Below the pieces are notes generated by a model. It was not told where the DNA came from, searched no databases, and saw only the letters and a program-made list of their open reading frames with translations. DNA of 64,000 nucleotides from contig CAYOTK010000001.1 in assembly GCA_964406895.1 (NCBI GenBank), positions 90,697 to 154,696 of the forward strand. The letters run 5' to 3'. This document shows, in pieces, positions 57,915 through 64,000 of the stretch (its first letter is position 1; each line of letters opens with the position of its first letter). Both the position numbers and the translations under genes were made by a program. This DNA is from an uncultured Candidatus Saccharibacteria bacterium (GTDB lineage: Bacteria > Patescibacteriota > Minisyncoccia > Phycocordibacterales > PALSA-1337).

Positions 57915-59999
57915 TTATATTGTTAGTATAACAGGTATAACCATCGGTCTCTTGGCTGTTTTCTGGAGCAAGAATTTGCTTACTGCGTCAGTTATGTTTT
58001 CTTTTATATAGTCTACATTGATAGGATTCATACCTTTTGAAGATTTTTCTGTAGTTTCTTTTATAAGTAGTCTTACTTCATGCAAAAGATCCTGAGATTC
58101 ACGCAAATACACGAAGCCTCTTGAAATTATATCGGGTGACTTCTTGAGTTTTCCTGTAACTGCATTGATAATGCCGAATATTATGAATATTCCATCCTGA
58201 GCTAGCATTTGTCTGTCTCTTATAACCACATCTTGAACATCTCCAACAGAGAATCCATCAACAAGGACCAATCCTGAAGCGGCTTTTTCTTTGAGTTTGA
58301 CTATCTTGGTGCCACCGTTTTGAATTTCGATGATTGAACTATTGTCAGGAATAACTATATCCTCATCCTTAAGTCCATTCGCATCTTTTGCTATATCACC
58401 GTGAACTCTCAACATATAGTGAAATCCGTGGACTGGCATGAAGAATCTGGGATGGATCTGTTTGTGTATCCAAGCCGTCTCATCGCGGTTTGCGTGACCT
58501 GAAGAATGTACGTCTGCAATTCTGTAGTGAATGATTTTTGCACCTTGTCGAGACAGGTTGTCTTTCAACTTTTGTACAGCCTTTTCATTACCAGGAATAA
58601 CTGATGAAGACAACATGACAGTATCGCGAGGAGTAATGCGGATTTTGGTGTGAGTCTTGTTTGACATTCTCATCATGGCAGCGAATTCATCACCTTGTGC
58701 TCCTGTAGCCAAAATAATGATCCTGTCCGGTGGGTAATTATCTATTTCGTCTGAACTGATGATGGTTTCTTTCTTGGCTTTGAGTAGGCCTAGGTGTTTA
58801 CATATCTCTATATTGCTCTTCATACTTCGACCCTCAATAACAACTTTTTTATTGTGAAGTTCTGCGAAATCAATGATTTTGAGCATTCTTTCTAGAAGGG
58901 AAGCAAATGTAGCGATGATCAGTCTTCCCTTAACATTCTTTATTATTTGTTCAATATTTTTATGAACTTCTTTCTCGGGTATTGAGAATCCAGGATTTTC
59001 AACGTTAGTCGAATCAGCCATGAGAAGGAGTACCTTTTCATTTTTGAATGCTCTATCATATTCTTCGACTTCAGTTTCAGAAGGAATACCATTTGTATGA
59101 TCCAATTTCAGGTCACCTGTATGAACTATTGAACCATACGGTGTTTGCAGTATTACTCCCATAGCATCAGGAATTGTGTGAGTTACTGCGAAGAATTTGA
59201 CCTTGAATGAACCGATAGTAATAGTCTGGTTTTTTTCTACGACTGTAATATCAAGCTTAGGAACATGAGGGAATTCCTCTTGTCTTTTTTGTATGAGTAC
59301 TGATGTTAGTAATCTCGTGTAAACAGGGGGATTACCGATTCTCGGCATGATATAAGGAATACCTCCTATGTGATCTAGGTGTCCGTGAGTAATAATTACC
59401 GCTTTTATCTTATTTGTTCTTTCCTCCAAATATTTCGTATTGGGAAGAATATAATCAATACCAGGAGTATTCTCGTCTTTGAATTGGAAACCTATATCTA
59501 TTACGATTATGTCTCCGTTGAATTCAACCGCAGTCATATTCCTGCCGATTTCTTCTACACCTCCCAAAGGAATAATGCGTATAGAATCAGGTGCGAGAGC
59601 AGGTATAACGTCTTCATTTTTTGGGCGGAGCATAGGTCTTGCTGGACCGCGTCTTGCGCCTTTATTTTCTTTTCTGATGACGTTCATGCGTGCTCCCGCT
59701 ATGTGTTTGACTGCCTCGGGATGTTTCCTTGCACCTTTACCTAGGAATATTCTATGACCATTGTTTGGATTTGAATTTACAGGTGTTGTAATTGTTGGTG
59801 CAGGAGTTGTCGTATTATCAGAATCACTTCTCAGTATGCGAGTTTTGATCTGATTGTTATTATGATTATGACGATTGTTTGCGTGGAGGTGAGGTCTTCT
59901 ATTTCTAAAATTATTATTTGACCTACTACCGTGCTCGTCTTTATTTGTTGTTTGATTGTTGTGCATATTATTTATTGTTCTTAAAGAATTTCCAGACAT
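57915..59999 (-). CDS. rnj: Ribonuclease J (beta-CASP metallo-beta-lactamase) with a ~140-aa basic Asn/His-rich N-terminal extension. The true start may be the internal ATG at 59966.
   Basis: ITHGHLDHIGG motif II, beta-CASP region, C-terminal domain. As drawn, the track ORF overlaps the upstream gene by 32 nt. Confidence 0.8.
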   Translation of the reverse strand: MSGNSLRTINNMHNNQTTNKDEHGSRSNNNFRNRRPHLHANNRHNHNNNQIKTRILRSDSDNTTTPAPTITTPVNSNPNNGHRIFLGKGARKHPEAVKHIAGARMNVIRKENKGARRGPARPMLRPKNEDVIPALAPDSIRIIPLGGVEEIGRNMTAVEFNGDIIVIDIGFQFKDENTPGIDYILPNTKYLEERTNKIKAVIITHGHLDHIGGIPYIMPRIGNPPVYTRLLTSVLIQKRQEEFPHVPKLDITVVEKNQTITIGSFKVKFFAVTHTIPDAMGVILQTPYGSIVHTGDLKLDHTNGIPSETEVEEYDRAFKNEKVLLLMADSTNVENPGFSIPEKEVHKNIEQIIKNVKGRLIIATFASLLERMLKIIDFAELHNKKVVIEGRSMKSNIEICKHLGLLKAKKETIISSDEIDNYPPDRIIILATGAQGDEFAAMMRMSNKTHTKIRITPRDTVMLSSSVIPGNEKAVQKLKDNLSRQGAKIIHYRIADVHSSGHANRDETAWIHKQIHPRFFMPVHGFHYMLRVHGDIAKDANGLKDEDIVIPDNSSIIEIQNGGTKIVKLKEKAASGLVLVDGFSVGDVQDVVIRDRQMLAQDGIFIIFGIINAVTGKLKKSPDIISRGFVYLRESQDLLHEVRLLIKETTEKSSKGMNPINVDYIKENITDAVSKFLLQKTAKRPMVIPVILTI

Positions 60000-61737
60000 T
60001 TTCTGTCTTTATATACCAATTTGAAATGGTATTCCATCGGTCGCTAGAAGCGGTAATGGCTCTTGTATTAATATTTTTGATATCGCTATTAATGATGTAA
60101 ATATAATTTGGTGTGTAAAGGAAAATTTCTGGTATTTCGTCTTCTATGATCTGATTGAAATTATTCATTAGTTTCTCTTTATCAGAATCATTTTGTGTCG
60201 TTCTCAAATCTTCCAGTATTTTGTCTACTTTACTGTTCACATACATGGAGACGTTCAATCCAGGAGCATTTCTCTGAGAAGAATGCCAAAAAGCATAGTA
60301 ATCTTTGTCTTTTCCAATCATTTCTCCGAATAGTAATATGTCGTATTTTCTTTGTCTTATGACATTCTGGAATAGATCGCTTGGCTCAAATACTTTGATA
60401 TTAATATCTATACCTAGAGCAGACCAAGAAGTCTTGACCATATCAGCCACCTTCTTCAAATCATCACTGTTTGCTGTATACAAATTGAATGAAAGTGTTT
60501 GCGTTGTGTTCTTTGAAGTTTTCTTTTCATAAATGCCCGAAGTATTCTTTTTCCAGCCGTTTTTTTCTAGAATTTTTTGTGCTTTCAGAATATTTGCAGG
60601 TAGGTCTGCGGTTGATGTGGAATTCATGCCGTTATCATCGAATAAATCTGACTTTGCATTTGAAAATGGAATTGGTCCGTATAGTGGTAATCCATGTTGA
60701 CCAAAGACATTATTTACGATTGATTGCCTATCCACCGCTACATTGAGCGCTTGTCTTACAGCTATATCCGCCAAAGCACTTGATTGATTTTGATTCAAGA
60801 ATAGTCCGAATGTTCTCGAATAAGGTATAGAAAGAATTTTGAATGAATTATTTTTCGATAATTTGTTTGCATCTTCAGGAGTAACAGAACCTAACATGTC
60901 TATGGTTTTACTATTAAGAGCCGAAATAGCTTTTGAATAATCAGTATAGAAATTGAGATTGATTGTGCTTATAAATGGTGATTTGTCGTAGTATTTAGAC
61001 CAAGTGTCGAGTTTGTATGAGGTCGGAATACCACTACTGTCTTTGTTGATTGAAGTGATTTTATAAGGACCTGAACCAATGGCTTTGACATTATTCTCGC
61101 TAAATATGAATTGTTCATCTGGTATGTTGTTCCACACATGTTTAGGTAAAATACCTAAAGTCGTATTAAGCAAGAAAGGTGAATATGGTTGTTTCAAAAC
61201 GAATTGGACTTCATTCTCGGAAACAACTTTTGTTGAAATATTCAACCAATCTGATCTTTTCGGGCTTTTAATATTTGGATTTTGGATTTTTTGGATAGTA
61301 AAAGCAATATCTTCTGCTGTTAGTCTTATGCCGTCCTGGAAATATACATTGTCTCTCAATATGAAATCATATGTTAGGCCATCATCGGAAATTGTATATG
61401 ATTTTGCTATGTCTTTGGTTAAGTTGCCGTCTGTATATTTCATTAAACCAGAAAATACAATCGAAGTAATGTCTTTATCTATATCGGTAATAGCAAGAAC
61501 TGGGTTGATAGTTCGGGGCAAACCAATTATGCCTTCTGTGAACTGTCCACCATAAGTAGGGGACTGTACCATGAATGAATTGCTCAATTTGAAAAGTATC
61601 GATAATGCAGAAATAATAAGTGCAATACAAAATACACCAAAAATAGTTTTTTCTGTTATAGAAAACTTTTTAATATAGTCCAGTATAATATTTCCGCCTT
61701 TAATACGGAATTCTCTTATTGGTTTTTTGTCTTCCAC
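59968..61737 (-). CDS. ABC transporter substrate-binding protein, family 5 (peptide/nickel type), orphan.
   Basis: N-terminal anchor. Family-5 SBP fold signature region (FTEGIIGLPRTINP..., YKITSINKDS). No permease or ATPase adjacent. Confidence 0.65.
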   Translation of the reverse strand: MEDKKPIREFRIKGGNIILDYIKKFSITEKTIFGVFCIALIISALSILFKLSNSFMVQSPTYGGQFTEGIIGLPRTINPVLAITDIDKDITSIVFSGLMKYTDGNLTKDIAKSYTISDDGLTYDFILRDNVYFQDGIRLTAEDIAFTIQKIQNPNIKSPKRSDWLNISTKVVSENEVQFVLKQPYSPFLLNTTLGILPKHVWNNIPDEQFIFSENNVKAIGSGPYKITSINKDSSGIPTSYKLDTWSKYYDKSPFISTINLNFYTDYSKAISALNSKTIDMLGSVTPEDANKLSKNNSFKILSIPYSRTFGLFLNQNQSSALADIAVRQALNVAVDRQSIVNNVFGQHGLPLYGPIPFSNAKSDLFDDNGMNSTSTADLPANILKAQKILEKNGWKKNTSGIYEKKTSKNTTQTLSFNLYTANSDDLKKVADMVKTSWSALGIDINIKVFEPSDLFQNVIRQRKYDILLFGEMIGKDKDYYAFWHSSQRNAPGLNVSMYVNSKVDKILEDLRTTQNDSDKEKLMNNFNQIIEDEIPEIFLYTPNYIYIINSDIKNINTRAITASSDRWNTISNWYIKTENVWKFFKNNK

Positions 61738-61777
61738 GGAAATGTAAAGTTAATTTGGTGTTATTTGAGTAATATAT

Positions 61778-61999
61778 TTAGAGTAGATTGGCGAGTGCTG
61801 ATATAGCGAAAAGAATTGCTACGGCTATAGTAATGCCGAATAGTGTTTTTTCGAGGCCTCTTCTTGTGTGAAATGCAGAACTGAAGTTATCACTTCCACC
61901 GAAAGCACCGCCGACTTGAGCGCCGGTTCTTTGCAAAAGAATGCATATAACAAGAATAACTGACAGTATGATCTGGATGTAGGGAAGGAGGTTTTTCAT
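61778..61999 (-). CDS. secG: Protein-export membrane protein SecG (73 aa).
   Basis: ILLQRTGAQVGGAFGG...RRGLEKTLFGITIAVAILF matches the SecG consensus. Trimmed from the longer track ORF to the MKNLLPY start. Confidence 0.65.
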   Translation of the reverse strand: MKNLLPYIQIILSVILVICILLQRTGAQVGGAFGGSDNFSSAFHTRRGLEKTLFGITIAVAILFAISALANLL

Positions 62000-62133
62000 C
62001 TCGAATGACAATATACTAGCATATTGATTGCAAATTGCAAGTATCGTTAGGTATTGCTTCAAAAAAGAACTTATATATAATATGTAAACGTTCGATATTA
62101 TAAGCATTAATTGCGCTTTTTGCGCCACAAAAA

Positions 62134-64000
<1,867 letters not shown>

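Overview
This is a low-GC, gene-dense bacterial window that uses the standard genetic code (TGA is a stop, e.g. at the end of murA). Its overall character suggests a reduced-genome Candidate Phyla Radiation / Patescibacteria organism; that is inference from composition and gene content only.

The main landmark is a 23S-5S rRNA locus at about 2959-8165 on the + strand. No 16S lies upstream, because murA abuts the locus directly. The 23S is interrupted at four places. Two are stem-flanked IVS/expansion inserts at the helix-9 and helix-45 positions, and the helix-45 insert carries a tRNA-like module. The other two are intron-like insertions at the known LSU hotspots near E. coli positions 1917 and 2593. 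The first encodes a single-motif LAGLIDADG homing endonuclease. The second carries an unrecognisable ORF next to group-I R/S-like core motifs.

Seven tRNA genes are present: Val-GAC, Ser-CGA, Glu-UUC, Trp-CCA, Leu-CAA, Arg-CCU and Phe-GAA.

The protein-coding content is mostly housekeeping:
- Replication and partition: priA-like (N-terminus only, truncated by the window start), parB, topA, dnaE, rnhB.
- Cell envelope and division: murA, SEDS ftsW/rodA, a GT4 glycosyltransferase, a polyprenyl-P sugar transferase, ftsA, ftsZ, lepB.
- Secretion and chaperones: secD, secF, secG, groES, groEL (truncated by the window end).
- Translation and RNA: tsaD, ybeY, rpsU, hisS, pth, rpsA, rpmG, miaA, thrS, tgt, rplY, RNase J.
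- Metabolism and regulation: trxB, fba, a pfkB kinase, a 2-hydroxyacid dehydrogenase, an OmpR-type response regulator.
- Surface and secreted proteins: several hypotheticals, including a 1351-aa LamG plus PG-binding giant, a PKD-like repeat protein, a pilin-LamG fusion, a DKNYY-repeat protein and two paralogous secreted proteins flanking pth.

The structure not explained by ordinary genes is:
1. Tandem arrays of tRNA-fragment repeats around tRNA-Phe (three 5'-fragment units upstream, two 3'-fragment units downstream) and upstream of tRNA-Val (three 5'-fragment units). The units share a mutated D-loop that creates a TTGGCA -35-like box.
2. Two copies of a ~170-190 bp palindromic element with a conserved ~100-nt core and covarying inverted-repeat arms.
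3. The tRNA-like module inside the helix-45 IVS of the 23S gene.
4. Two GC-rich islands, each with a short basic ORF behind a strong Shine-Dalgarno, in an otherwise AT-rich genome.
5. A free-standing double-motif LAGLIDADG gene wedged between tRNA-Leu and miaA.
6. A PriA-like protein whose helicase motifs I and II look degenerate.
7. A small GGTCGGACC palindromic (REP-like) element found twice, once inside the 3' coding end of miaA.

No CRISPR array, integrase or transposase was recognised.
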